A stretch of DNA of 64,000 nucleotides from Myxococcota bacterium (GTDB lineage Bacteria > Myxococcota_A > UBA9042 > PHBI01 > JBMYRH01), in contig JBMYRH010000014.1 of the NCBI GenBank assembly GCA_049602155.1, positions 99,860 to 163,859 on the forward strand, given 5' to 3'. Below are positions 43,217-53,181 of the stretch, piece after piece. Position numbers and translations under genes: made by a program. The notes beneath the pieces are model-generated. The model was not told the DNA's origin, did not search any database, and was given only the letters and a program-made list of their open reading frames with translations. The stretch's first letter is position 1, and each line of letters starts with the position of its first letter.

Positions 43217-45196
43217 ATGGCACAAACCGTCATCGGCCTCGATATAGGCACTTGGTCCATTAAGGCCGCCGTCTTGGAGTCCACGCTCCGCGGCTTCTCG
43301 CTCGTCGAGGTGGCCGAGCATCACCTGCCCCGTGGCGTAGACGGCAACCTGCTCAACGAGGATAGGACCTCGTCGCTGCAAGCCCTCCTGCGTGATGTGC
43401 GGCCCCCAGAGGTAGTCGCCACCGCCATCGCGGGTCGCCACGCGATGACGCGCGAGCTCTCGTTGCCCTTCTCGGACGACAAGAAGATCGCCACCGTGCT
43501 GGGCTTTGAGCTCGAGGAGCTGCTGCCCCTCGACATCGATGAGCTCGTCTACGATTACGAGCCACTTGAGCAAGGCCCGGATGGCGCAAACCTCTTGTGT
43601 GCCGCCGTGGACAAGGGGTGGTTCTCTGACTTCCTCGCCGAGCTTCAAGCCGCTGATATCGACCCCAAGGTCGTCACCTTAGATGCCATGGCTTACGCCC
43701 ACCTCCTCGCGAGCCTCGGGGACGAGGACGAGGTTCCGGGCTGCGTCGCCTTGGTCGACGTGGGTCATGAGACCACGAGCGTCACCGTCATTCAGGACGG
43801 CAAGGTGCGCACGGCGCGCACCATCGCGCGCGGCGGTCACCACGTCACTCAAGCGCTCATGAACGGCCTTGAGGTCGACTACGCCAAGGCCGAGAGCATC
43901 AAGCACAGCCGCGTGAGGATCGATGGTCACCTCCCGCCAGAGGTCTCCGAGGCCGAGCACACTCAGACCCTTGAGCTCGTCAGTGGGCCCATCAACGCGT
44001 GCATCCGCGACATTCGACTGACCCTGCATGCGCACGCCAACCGTTGGCGGAATCGGGTCGAGCGCGTCATCGTCTTTGGAGGCGCGAGTCGACTCCCAGG
44101 GTTCGATATAGAGCTCGGCCAAGCCCTCGGGGTGAAGGTCGAGTCACCCCGGCTCTCCAACCAGGGCTGGACCAAGATGGTCCTCCCCCGAGAGCAAGAG
44201 CGTAGCATGCCGATGGCGGCCGCCCTTGGGCTGGGCTTTGTCCGCGGGATGCGCGACGGCATCAACTTTCGGAAGGGGGAGTTCGCCTCCGAGTCAGACT
44301 TTAAGGCGCTGCGTGAGCGTGCTGGGTGGCTCCTGACGATCGCGGCGCTCTTGCTCTGCACCTTCTTTGCGCGGCAGGTCGTCAGCCTGCGGATGTTGGA
44401 GGTCAACCATGGGGTGCTCGTCAGCCAACTGGAGGACTTCAGTAAAGACGTCTTGGGCGAGAAGAAGGATGACTTCGACTTCGTACTGCAGCGCCTTAAC
44501 CGTCCGCCTGCTCAAGAGGCGGACTCGATCTTCCCCGAGCTGACGGCGTTCCGAACGTTCTACGACATCACCGAGTCTCAGGCCCTGATTAACGAGATGC
44601 AGGTCCCTCAGGAGGGGATGGCTCCTGGCCCGCCGACGGCGAGGCCGCCGGGGTTAAAGCCCCCTGGAGATGGGGCGTCTCCGGATGAGGTCTTGAAGTG
44701 GCACCGTAAGCAGGCGACGAAGTTGCACAACGATGTGCGCTCTCGGCCGTTTGAGTCGCCGGCCATTAAGCGCACGGAGGGGATGAAGTTGCTCCCGGGC
44801 ACCTCACCGGCGCCGACGCTTGTCACGCCTAAACGACCGGCCACGGAGGTGACACCGCCCGCGCCTAAGGTGGTCATCACCCCCAGTGAGGAAGAGGTTG
44901 AGGAGGGGGAGAGGACGGAGAGCTCGGACGACGGGCGCTATCGTGTGGAGCTGAAGCACGTGCAGATCGACTTGAAGAGCGCCTTTGTGAAGGGTGAAGC
45001 GAACAATATTGAGGCGGTGGAGGCCTTCACTGGCGAGCTCAAGAAGCACCGATGTTTTGAGACGGTCGAGACGAGCGACACGACGCGATTAAGCTTCGGT
45101 GATCGTCAGGATTGGCTGCGCTTTCAGCTCAAGGTCGTGATCGATTGCGCGGCCAAGTCGGGTGATGAGTCGAAGGCGAACAAGGAGGACAACTGA
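43217..45196 (+). CDS. gspL: GspL-like assembly protein (cytoplasmic actin-like domain, TM helix, periplasmic domain)
   Basis: MAQTVIGLDIGTWSIKAAVLE, a PilM/GspL actin-like fold. A TM helix (WLLTIAALLLCTFFA) sits near residue 375. A Pro-rich linker and a periplasmic C-terminus follow. Confidence 0.6.
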   Translation: MAQTVIGLDIGTWSIKAAVLESTLRGFSLVEVAEHHLPRGVDGNLLNEDRTSSLQALLRDVRPPEVVATAIAGRHAMTRELSLPFSDDKKIATVLGFELEELLPLDIDELVYDYEPLEQGPDGANLLCAAVDKGWFSDFLAELQAADIDPKVVTLDAMAYAHLLASLGDEDEVPGCVALVDVGHETTSVTVIQDGKVRTARTIARGGHHVTQALMNGLEVDYAKAESIKHSRVRIDGHLPPEVSEAEHTQTLELVSGPINACIRDIRLTLHAHANRWRNRVERVIVFGGASRLPGFDIELGQALGVKVESPRLSNQGWTKMVLPREQERSMPMAAALGLGFVRGMRDGINFRKGEFASESDFKALRERAGWLLTIAALLLCTFFARQVVSLRMLEVNHGVLVSQLEDFSKDVLGEKKDDFDFVLQRLNRPPAQEADSIFPELTAFRTFYDITESQALINEMQVPQEGMAPGPPTARPPGLKPPGDGASPDEVLKWHRKQATKLHNDVRSRPFESPAIKRTEGMKLLPGTSPAPTLVTPKRPATEVTPPAPKVVITPSEEEVEEGERTESSDDGRYRVELKHVQIDLKSAFVKGEANNIEAVEAFTGELKKHRCFETVETSDTTRLSFGDRQDWLRFQLKVVIDCAAKSGDESKANKEDN

Positions 45197-45891
45197 TGTC
45201 TCTAGCAGCAAGTTTAGGGCGCATGTCGCGTCGAGAGCGGATGTTGGTGGGGCTCCTGATGAGCCTCCTCGTCGGCGCCGTGGTCTTTGTCTTCTATTTC
45301 ATCGTCGGGACGGAGGTCTCGAGCCTTGAGGAGCGGATCGATGAGGACCGAGAGACGCTCACCGAGATCTACGGGAAGTCCCATGAGTTCTTGAAGGCGA
45401 CCGCGGCGACAGAGGCGATGCGCGAGGTCGCGGCGCGCAACAAGGACACGAACTTGAAGCTGGCGGTGAACGAGCTGGCTAAGCGGATCAGCTTCCAGTC
45501 GCGTAACCGCAAGGGTGAGATCGAGGGGACGAAGAAACTGGCCGATGTGATGCAGTTCGACCAGACCCAGGAGACCTACCTCTCGAAGAAGAAGAAGAAG
45601 AAGCGAAAGGCGAAGGGCAAGAAGAAGAAGGACTCAGACACAGGCTATTACCGTCGCGATCAACCGATCACGCTCTCTGATGGGGTCCCCTTTAAGGCCA
45701 TCTATGAGCTGATGGAGAAGATCGAGGAGACGGAAGAGCTGCTCTTCGTCACCGAGATGGACCTAACACGAGATTTTCAGGATGGACGCATCGCGCGGAA
45801 GAACGCGCAGATCGTCGTGTCGACCTATTATTATAAGGGCGTGGAGAAGGCTGAGAAGGCCTCAGAGACCGACGCCAAGAAGGACGGCTGA
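45196..45891 (+). CDS. gspM: GspM-like bitopic protein
   Basis: A short cytoplasmic N-terminus, one TM helix (LVGLLMSLLVGAVVFVFYFIV) and a periplasmic domain. It contains a Lys-rich tract (KKKKKKRKAKGKKKK). Confidence 0.5.
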   Translation: MSLAASLGRMSRRERMLVGLLMSLLVGAVVFVFYFIVGTEVSSLEERIDEDRETLTEIYGKSHEFLKATAATEAMREVAARNKDTNLKLAVNELAKRISFQSRNRKGEIEGTKKLADVMQFDQTQETYLSKKKKKKRKAKGKKKKDSDTGYYRRDQPITLSDGVPFKAIYELMEKIEETEELLFVTEMDLTRDFQDGRIARKNAQIVVSTYYYKGVEKAEKASETDAKKDG

Positions 45892-47456
45892 TGGGCATCC
45901 TCAAGACCCTATTGAAGGGGCTCGGCTATAGCGTGGCCTTCACGCTCCTGACCCTGTTCTTCACCCTGGTGACCTTCCCCGAGGACAGGCTCCGGGAGTA
46001 CGTTGAGGTGGTGGCCGGTCAAGCGACCGGTGGTCGTGTCAACATCACGGAGCTCTCACTCTCGGGCTTAGGGGGCGTAGAGCTCACTGACGCCGTCTTG
46101 AAGATGCCGCCACCGGAGACACCCGAGGGCGCGAGTGATCGCCCTGGCGGCATGTTTCAAGTTCAGAGCATGGAGGTCAGCGCCTCGCTCTTTTCGCTCT
46201 TGGATGATGTCGTGGACGCGACCTTCGAGGGGACCGTCCAAGGGGGACAAATCTCAGGCGGGCATGTGGTCACGGCCGCGGAGCGCTTTGAGCTAGAGAT
46301 CGCGGAGATCGCGGAGCTGCGCTTTGGTACGGCGGGGCTCATCATCAAGTCGATGATCGGCGCAGACTTGCGCGGGACGCTCGGAGGCAAGGACCTCAAG
46401 GTGAGCTACGGGACGGACCTTTCGACCTTGCAGGCAGAGCTCGACCTCGACCTCACGGACTCCAGGCTTGTCGATCCGACCATCCCGACCAAGCAGCTCG
46501 GCCCACTGAGCTTGAGCACGATGTCCTTGGGGCAAGTTCAGTTGACCATCAAGGCCGGCAAGTCCAGCACCATGGGGATCAAGAAGAAGAAACGCGGACC
46601 AGGTCGGAAGCAGGATGACACCGTCATCCACCTCGCGAACGTGGGCGCCTCAGGGGGGGATGTCGAGTTCCAATTCGATGATCAGAGCATCATCAGGATT
46701 CCATCAGGTGTGCCGATGAAGCAGTGGGGGGTCGATATCCACGCAGCCGTGCGCGTCAAAGACGCCTACATCGATCACACGATTGAGAAGAAGGGCGAGC
46801 TTGAGCAACCGAACAAGCTCTTGCGGATGTACTTCAAGCAGGACCCGCGCATGCGCGCCGCGATGCGGGATGGGGTCTTTGGCCTCACCTGTAAGGGGAC
46901 CTTTGCGCGGCCAAATTGCCGCCCGACGCCCACGACCATCCGCGGCTTCAAGAAGCGCCAACCACGGTTCACAAGCGACGAGGGTGACGCCCCAGAGGAG
47001 AGCGAAGAGGCGGACAAGAACGTCAGCGAGAGCAAAGGTAAAAAGGCCCCCCAAGGGGAGCCAAAAGACAAGAAGGCCAAGGCGGTCAAGGCCAAGGAGA
47101 ACCTGAAATCACGAAACTCCGCGCGCACCGCAGCCTCGAAGCGCCCGACCTCGACGACAGCGCGCGCCAAGCGCCCGACAACCAGTCGGGTCTCAAGCGC
47201 CAAGCTGGCTCGTGATCGAGGACCGAATAGTCGTCCGAACCCTGTCCCGATCGGCGCCGCGGCGCGCGCTGTCCCGACGATAGCTCCACCGGTGCGCGGA
47301 CGAGATGAAGCGTACGCAAGTGACGACGACGACGACGACGAAGAAGAAGAAGAAGAAGACGACGACGACGACGACGACGACGACGAAGAAGAAGAAGAGG
47401 AAGAAGAAGACGATGACGACGAAGAAGACGAGGAGGATGAAGGGGACGAAGAGTGA
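45891..47456 (+). CDS. gspN: GspN-like protein with a Lys-rich segment and a 44-residue poly-Asp/Glu C-terminal tail
   Basis: An N-terminal TM helix (LGYSVAFTLLTLFFTLVTF), then a beta-rich periplasmic domain at the GspN position. The tail reads DDDDDDEEEEEEDDDDDDDDDEEEEEEEEDDDDEEDEEDEGDEE. Confidence 0.45.
   Translation: MGILKTLLKGLGYSVAFTLLTLFFTLVTFPEDRLREYVEVVAGQATGGRVNITELSLSGLGGVELTDAVLKMPPPETPEGASDRPGGMFQVQSMEVSASLFSLLDDVVDATFEGTVQGGQISGGHVVTAAERFELEIAEIAELRFGTAGLIIKSMIGADLRGTLGGKDLKVSYGTDLSTLQAELDLDLTDSRLVDPTIPTKQLGPLSLSTMSLGQVQLTIKAGKSSTMGIKKKKRGPGRKQDDTVIHLANVGASGGDVEFQFDDQSIIRIPSGVPMKQWGVDIHAAVRVKDAYIDHTIEKKGELEQPNKLLRMYFKQDPRMRAAMRDGVFGLTCKGTFARPNCRPTPTTIRGFKKRQPRFTSDEGDAPEESEEADKNVSESKGKKAPQGEPKDKKAKAVKAKENLKSRNSARTAASKRPTSTTARAKRPTTSRVSSAKLARDRGPNSRPNPVPIGAAARAVPTIAPPVRGRDEAYASDDDDDDEEEEEEDDDDDDDDDEEEEEEEEDDDDEEDEEDEGDEE
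47323..47453. repeat. GAC/GAA trinucleotide microsatellite encoding the poly-acidic tail
   Basis: About 130 bp of (gac)n and (gaa)n runs are visible directly in the sequence. Confidence 0.8.
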
Positions 47457-48937
47457 TCGTCGTCACATCACCGCTCACGGGTCAGGTGTTGGGAGAGGTC
47501 CCGTGTCTTGAGCCCGGAGCCGTTCGGTCCGCGGTGGCTCGTGCGCGGGTCGCCTTTGGTCCCTGGTCCGAGCAGGGTGTGCGTCGCCGGGTGGCGATCT
47601 TAGAGCGCGTGCTGGGGGCGCTGATTTCAGCCCGTGAAGACCTCATCGATCGCCTGATTCAGGAGACAGGTAAGGTTCGTGGCGATGCGTTGACCGAGCT
47701 GTTGATCTTCTTCGACACGGCGCGCTACTACCTGAGCCACGCTGAGGACCTCCTCAAAGACGAGGTCGTCACGCCTCATTTGCTTAAACATAAGCGTGGG
47801 GTGGTGAGCTACACCCCCCGTGGTGTCGTCGGCATCATCAGCCCGTGGAATTTCCCCGTCGACCTGGGCCTCGGTGAGGTGTTCCCGGCACTGCTGGCTG
47901 GCAACGCAGTCGTCTTAAAGCCGAGTGAGCTCACGCCGCTGATCAACCTGGAGTTAGCGCGCCTCGCCGAGGAAGCGGGCCTCCCCGGGGGCGTCTTCCA
48001 GGTCTTGACCGGGGCGGGTGAGACGGGCGCTGCGATGGTGGAAGAGGTCGATCAAGTGACGTTCACCGGGTCGGTGAACGTGGGTCGAAAGGTGGCCGCT
48101 CAAGCGGCGCAAAGGCTGATCCCGTGCACGTTAGAGCTCGGGGGTAAAGACCCCATGGTCGTCTTGCGCGACGCAGACCTCGACCGCGCGTCCTCTGCGG
48201 CGGTCTGGGGGGCGTTCTTTAACAGTGGTCAGATGTGCATGTCGGTCGAGCGGGTCTATGTCGAGGCGGCGGTGTGTGAAGACTTCACACGTCGGGTCGT
48301 CGCCAAGACCCGTGCCCTCCGCCAAGGTGTCGACGGACGCTACACACATGATGTCGGCGCCATGACTCGGCCCCAGCAGCTCGACGTGGTGGAGGCACAT
48401 CTTCAAGACGCAGTCGATGCCGGGGCCCGTGTGCTCTGTGGTGGTGGACGGCCCCCGGGGCTCCCCGACTCGTTCTTTGAGCCGACCGTGGTTGCCGACG
48501 TCGATCACACGATGACGCTGATGACCGAAGAGACCTTTGGTCCGGTGCTGCCCATCATGGCGGTGTCGGACGCAGGAGAGGCCGTTCGCCTCGCGAATGA
48601 CAGCGTATACGGGTTGAACGCGAGCGTGTGGTCACGCGACCTCACGACCGCCCGCTCTGTCGCCCGATCGCTTCAGAGCGGGAATGTGTGCGTGAACGAT
48701 GTGGTCACCTCTTACGGGCTGGTCGAGCTCCCCTTTGGTGGAGAGAAGGACAGCGGCGTGGGGCGGCGTCATGGACCGGGCGGGCTTCGGAAGTATGCCG
48801 TCACGCAGGCCATCGCAGAGGATCGCTTGCGCCTCGCACGTGAGCCGAACTGGTACCCGTATTCTCCCCGGTTGTTGGGGGCATTAGAGCGCGCTGCGGG
48901 GCTCCTTGGTGGTATCAAGTCGATCCTCCGTCGGTGA
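47453..48937 (+). CDS. NAD(P)-dependent aldehyde dehydrogenase family protein
   Basis: The GTG start overlaps the gspN stop (GTGA). It has the ELGGKDP, GQMCMSVERVYV and EETFGPV motifs. Confidence 0.85.
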   Translation: MIVVTSPLTGQVLGEVPCLEPGAVRSAVARARVAFGPWSEQGVRRRVAILERVLGALISAREDLIDRLIQETGKVRGDALTELLIFFDTARYYLSHAEDLLKDEVVTPHLLKHKRGVVSYTPRGVVGIISPWNFPVDLGLGEVFPALLAGNAVVLKPSELTPLINLELARLAEEAGLPGGVFQVLTGAGETGAAMVEEVDQVTFTGSVNVGRKVAAQAAQRLIPCTLELGGKDPMVVLRDADLDRASSAAVWGAFFNSGQMCMSVERVYVEAAVCEDFTRRVVAKTRALRQGVDGRYTHDVGAMTRPQQLDVVEAHLQDAVDAGARVLCGGGRPPGLPDSFFEPTVVADVDHTMTLMTEETFGPVLPIMAVSDAGEAVRLANDSVYGLNASVWSRDLTTARSVARSLQSGNVCVNDVVTSYGLVELPFGGEKDSGVGRRHGPGGLRKYAVTQAIAEDRLRLAREPNWYPYSPRLLGALERAAGLLGGIKSILRR

Positions 48938-48979
48938 CGTGACGAGCTCGCTTGGGCCGGCGGAATGCTCAGGTAATTC

Positions 48980-51130
48980 TTGACGATCTCAGCTGACCGT
49001 AGAGTCTCAGTGTCAGGTGTCGCGGAGGACACGTTGAGCAAGGGATACGGCAAAGGTGCGCTGCTTGGTGCGGGGCTGACCGGTGTACTGGTTGGTTTCG
49101 CGACGGCGAGCTTTGTGTTGGAGCCGGCTCCTCAAGTGGCTCAGCAGCGCGAAGAGGTGCCCCCGATCGACCTCGACGGGGCGTTCGGCGAAGAAGTCCC
49201 CGAGGACAAGAGCGACCCGCTGCGACCCGTGTTAGATGCGCTCACCGGGGCTCACGCGACCCTGCACGGCGCGTCGGCTTCCAAGGGTGCTGACACGTCA
49301 GGGAGCATCCCGAGGCGCTTGAAGGACGCGATCGCTGTCGAGCCTTGGCAGCTTGAGCTGCGTCAGAAGATTCACCAAGCCAGTGGCGCGGGGCGCTTTG
49401 TCTCAAATCAGGGGCTCACGCCGTTAGGTAAGGCCCTCCTTGAGCACTTGATGGAGGCTGACCGTCACGGCCTCGACCCTGAGACTTATCAGGTCGGTGT
49501 GCTCACCAAGGACGCTGCGGCGTATAAGGCGGAGGTCTCTGGTCAGGCGGTGGTGCCGCCTCCTGCGGCTGGTCCTGCGGGTGCGGTCATGGTGTCAGCC
49601 TTGGAGTCCCCGGTGTTTGACCGCGCCTCGGTGGCGGCACGCCTCCGCACGGCCGGTGGGTTGCCGGCCCCTGAGCACGTGGGTGAGCTCCTCGCGCAGA
49701 TGAAAGACTTGGAGCCGTCCCCGGAGCTTCAACGGCTGCGTTGGAAGCTCGAGGCGGGCCTCGGTGCCGGTCTGCTGCGCTATGTGTTGGACTTCAAATT
49801 CCTCTACCGCGCGGGGCCCTTCAAGCTCGTCAGTGGGAAGACGGTGGCGAAGAAGAAGTCGCTGAAGCGCAAGCTGATGGCGACGATCGCTGAGATCGTG
49901 ATGAGCGAATCACCTGGCGAGGCGCTCGACGGCCTTCAGCCGAACCACCCGGCGTATGCGCGCATGCTCTCAGTCTACGAGACCTATCGCGGTTTGGCCG
50001 ACAAGGGTGGGTGCAAGACGGACATGAACACGGAGAGCTGGCGCATCAAGCCTGGCGATGAGGGCGAGAGGATCAAGGTCCTCCAGGAGCGCCTGGCCTG
50101 TGAGGGCTATTACGATGGGCCGAAAGACGGGATCTATGGAGACGGTCTGCTGATCGCTGTGCGGGATTTCCAGCGGCACCATGAGCTGGACGCTGATGGG
50201 TATGTCTACGAGAGCTCACTGAAGACGCTGAACATCTCGATGGAGCAGCGGGTACGGCAGATCAAGTTGGCGCTGCAGCGCCTGCGAGAGAGCCGCGTGC
50301 GAGAGCTCGGGGATTACTACGTGCGCGTCAACGTGCCGGCGTTCGAGCTGCAGGTGATTGAGAAGGGCGAGGTGATCAAGCGCCACAAGGTGATCGTGGG
50401 CACGAACCGCATCGACGATGACAAGGTCAAGCTGCTCCAGGGGCACATCAACCGTACGGACCTCTTCGTGACGAAGCTTTATCAGATCATCTCGAACCCT
50501 GACTGGTACATCCCGAAGCGCGTCGAGGCAGGAGAGATCAAGGCGCGTGTCGCGGAAGATCCCGAGTACTTGGCCAAGAAGGGCATCACGACGCAGACCC
50601 TCCCGGGAGGCCGGGTCGTGTATGTCCAAAAGTCCGGTGCAGGGAACGCGCTCGGCAAAGTGAAGTTCTTGCTCCGGAAGTCGAAGGCGATCTTCTTGCA
50701 CGACACCGACAAAAAAGACCTCTTTAAGGAAGAGCGCCGTGACCTGTCTCATGGATGCATCCGCGTCCACAAGGCGACGAAGTTGGCTCAGTTCCTCTTG
50801 GAGAAAGATGGCTGGGACGCCAAAGACGTCGCGCGGAGCATCAAGGCCAAGAGCACGCAGCGGGGGATGTCGCTCAAGAAAGAGATCGACATCATCACCG
50901 AGTACATCACGGTCGACATCGCCGAGGATGGCAAAGCGGTCTTCCTGACCGACATCTACAAGTACGACCGTGATTATTACGAGAAGACGCTGCCGCCGAA
51001 CGTTACTGCGCGCTGGGGCTCAAGTGTCCTTCGCCCTCATTGGGTGCCTAAGGTCCCCGAAGAGATCGTCGAAGACTGGCGCTCGCGTGGTCAGCCCGCT
51101 CCGCACAACTACAAGCCACCGGGTGGCTGA
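48980..51130 (+). CDS. L,D-transpeptidase (YkuD) with a peptidoglycan-binding domain
   Basis: A PG_binding_1-like segment (LQERLACEGYYDGPKDGIYGDGLLIAVRDFQRHH). The catalytic motif is SHGCIRV. Confidence 0.75.
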   Translation: MTISADRRVSVSGVAEDTLSKGYGKGALLGAGLTGVLVGFATASFVLEPAPQVAQQREEVPPIDLDGAFGEEVPEDKSDPLRPVLDALTGAHATLHGASASKGADTSGSIPRRLKDAIAVEPWQLELRQKIHQASGAGRFVSNQGLTPLGKALLEHLMEADRHGLDPETYQVGVLTKDAAAYKAEVSGQAVVPPPAAGPAGAVMVSALESPVFDRASVAARLRTAGGLPAPEHVGELLAQMKDLEPSPELQRLRWKLEAGLGAGLLRYVLDFKFLYRAGPFKLVSGKTVAKKKSLKRKLMATIAEIVMSESPGEALDGLQPNHPAYARMLSVYETYRGLADKGGCKTDMNTESWRIKPGDEGERIKVLQERLACEGYYDGPKDGIYGDGLLIAVRDFQRHHELDADGYVYESSLKTLNISMEQRVRQIKLALQRLRESRVRELGDYYVRVNVPAFELQVIEKGEVIKRHKVIVGTNRIDDDKVKLLQGHINRTDLFVTKLYQIISNPDWYIPKRVEAGEIKARVAEDPEYLAKKGITTQTLPGGRVVYVQKSGAGNALGKVKFLLRKSKAIFLHDTDKKDLFKEERRDLSHGCIRVHKATKLAQFLLEKDGWDAKDVARSIKAKSTQRGMSLKKEIDIITEYITVDIAEDGKAVFLTDIYKYDRDYYEKTLPPNVTARWGSSVLRPHWVPKVPEEIVEDWRSRGQPAPHNYKPPGG

Positions 51131-51132
51131 TC

Positions 51133-51648
51133 TCAGTTCGCGTGGGCTTGGCAGACTTTGGTCAGGCTCCCGCACGTCTCCTCGATGACCGTCTTCTGAT
51201 CGGTGGTCGAGCAGTCGGTGTAGCGGCTGTCGATCGCTTGGCAGTCGTCGACGGAGCTGCACTTTGGGGCCGCGTAGCGCCAAGTCCCTTGGCTCTGGCT
51301 CACGTAGCAGCCCCCGGGGTAGACGCAGTGGTAGTCCGGGTCGGCGCTCGGGATGCTCGCCGCGTCTCCTCCGCTGGTCTCGCAGTCGCAGGCTCGCGTG
51401 CAGAACCCGAAGACGTCGTTCGTGATGTTGCCGTCTTCGCCTGGCATCAAGCAGGTCCCATGGGCGCATTCGCTGTCCGCGGTGCAGGCTTGTCCGAAGT
51501 CTTGGGTGGTGGCTGTGGCGTCATAGCCGCGCTCGCAGGTCGTCGTCGGGCCGTCGCCACCGGTCAGCTGATCACAACCCATGGCGCCGATGAATGGCAG
51601 CGTAAGTGTCACACCTAAGAGGAGAATGAGGCGTGTGGTCTTCGTCAT
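51133..51648 (-). CDS. small secreted Cys-rich lipoprotein
   Basis: MTKTTRLILLLGVTLTLPFIGAMGCDQ lipobox, followed by 14 Cys residues. Confidence 0.45.
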   Translation of the reverse strand: MTKTTRLILLLGVTLTLPFIGAMGCDQLTGGDGPTTTCERGYDATATTQDFGQACTADSECAHGTCLMPGEDGNITNDVFGFCTRACDCETSGGDAASIPSADPDYHCVYPGGCYVSQSQGTWRYAAPKCSSVDDCQAIDSRYTDCSTTDQKTVIEETCGSLTKVCQAHAN

Positions 51649-51770
51649 TGGAGCACTCCATTGAGGTGTCAGCTGGCGGCTTCGCTCAACCGTGATACTA
51701 TCGCTCTATTCGAGAGACGCGCAACGGCGCATCTTTTCCTTCACGACGACGATTCGGCCGCCGACCCACT

Positions 51771-53093
51771 TTGGATCCAATTACTCGCGAAGCGCTCGCA
51801 ATCGCGCTTCTAGTCATCATCTCCGCGCTATTTAGCGGCATGGAGACCGCGCTTGTCAGCCTGTCTGAGGTCAAGCTGCGTGATCGTCGTGACAGTGGCG
51901 AGAAGCTCCCAATGCTCTTGGGGCGCTGGCTTGATGAGCCCAACGAAGTCCTCGCGATGCTGCTCATCGGTAACAACCTGGTGAACATCACGGCGAGTGC
52001 GTTGGCGACACACCTCACTGAGATGGTCTTACGGGACAGTGCCTACGCGGGTTGGGGGATCCCGATCGCGGTCGGCGTGATGACGCTCGTGATCCTGATC
52101 TTTGGTGAGGTCGCCCCCAAGACGTACGCGAAACATCACCCCGAGCGATACGCGCGGTTGTTGCCGGCCTTGAGCGTGGCCCACTGGGTCTTCCGGCCCT
52201 TCGTGATCGTGCTCGTCGCCCTCACGCGGGGCGTGCTTCAGAGCATGGGGAGCGACATGGACAGCGAGCGCGCAGTGGTCACCGAGGAGGACATCGAGGA
52301 GATGGTCCGCGTCGGTCAACGCGAGGGCTCCATCGACGAACAAGCGACGCGGTTGCTGACTGGAGTGCTGGAGCTCGATGAGAAGGTCGCGCGGGAGATC
52401 ATGGTGCCGCGCTCCGAGGTGCACGCCATCCGCAAAGACGCCCCGATGGAGGAGGTGATCACGCAGATCACCGAGAGCGGCCGCTCCCGTTACCCCGTCT
52501 ATGGAGACACGGTGGATGACGTGGTCGGGGTCGTCTACACGAAGGACATCCTCGGGGCGGCGATTCGCCACGGCGCCGATAAGGTCAGCCTCGTTGAGAT
52601 CATGCGGACGCCCCTGGTGTATCCAGAGAACATCGGCGTCGAGGACCTCTTGGTCGAGATGAAGCGCAACCGAGTCCATATGGCGATCATCGCCTCTGAG
52701 TATGGTGGTGTAGCGGGTATCGTGACCTTGGAGGACATCGTCGAGGAGGTCTTCGGGGACATCTACGACGAGCATGACGTCGAGAAGGAGCCCCTCCGGG
52801 CCGTGGGTGAGTCCAGCTGGCTCGTCGAGGGCGTCGTGACGCTCAGTGACTTAGAGGACGAGCTTGGGATCGATCTCGACGACGACGAAGAAGACTATGA
52901 GACCGTGGCGGGCCTCCTGATGAAGGTCGCGGGCCGTGTGCCTACCGCGGGGTTCACGCATGTGACACGCGGCGTGCACTTCGAGGTGTTGCGCTCTGAC
53001 GCGACACGGCTGCTGGAGGTCGCTGTGCATCGGCAAGACCCCACCGATGAGGACGGAGTAGCCGAGCTTGAGGAGTCGACAGATGCAGAGTGA
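51771..53093 (+). CDS. CNNM/HlyC/CorC-family transporter (DUF21, CBS pair and CorC_HlyC domains)
   Basis: A DUF21 TM domain, two CBS motifs, and a C-terminal transporter-associated domain (LEDELGIDLDDDEEDYETVAGLL). Confidence 0.85.
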   Translation: MDPITREALAIALLVIISALFSGMETALVSLSEVKLRDRRDSGEKLPMLLGRWLDEPNEVLAMLLIGNNLVNITASALATHLTEMVLRDSAYAGWGIPIAVGVMTLVILIFGEVAPKTYAKHHPERYARLLPALSVAHWVFRPFVIVLVALTRGVLQSMGSDMDSERAVVTEEDIEEMVRVGQREGSIDEQATRLLTGVLELDEKVAREIMVPRSEVHAIRKDAPMEEVITQITESGRSRYPVYGDTVDDVVGVVYTKDILGAAIRHGADKVSLVEIMRTPLVYPENIGVEDLLVEMKRNRVHMAIIASEYGGVAGIVTLEDIVEEVFGDIYDEHDVEKEPLRAVGESSWLVEGVVTLSDLEDELGIDLDDDEEDYETVAGLLMKVAGRVPTAGFTHVTRGVHFEVLRSDATRLLEVAVHRQDPTDEDGVAELEESTDAE

Positions 53094-53181
53094 ACGCGCG
53101 CGTTGACCACGTCCTCACCCGATCGGTACACTCGCCGGTGCTCGGCTCGGGCGGCCCCACTTGGAATAGAGCATCGCTGCC

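Noticed and set aside
45586-45632. (aag)n tract in gspM as a separate repeat feature or frameshift site
   Set aside because: It is in-frame and encodes a Lys tract. No frame disruption is visible, so I note it only within the T2SS finding.
47281-47460. Possible CRISPR-like or intergenic repeat at the poly-gac/gaa region
   Set aside because: It is a coding trinucleotide microsatellite, in-frame within gspN. It has no spacer-repeat architecture.
51649-51770. TTGGATCCAA palindrome at the start of the CorC transporter gene as an operator
   Set aside because: It is a short 10-bp palindrome that partly overlaps the annotated start codon region. Such palindromes arise often by chance, and I see no supporting second site.
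53103-53132. TTGACC-N18-TACACT as a sigma-70 promoter for the 53182 gene
   Set aside because: The spacing and the -10 element are both off-consensus. I considered it too weak to list as a feature without transcription-start data.
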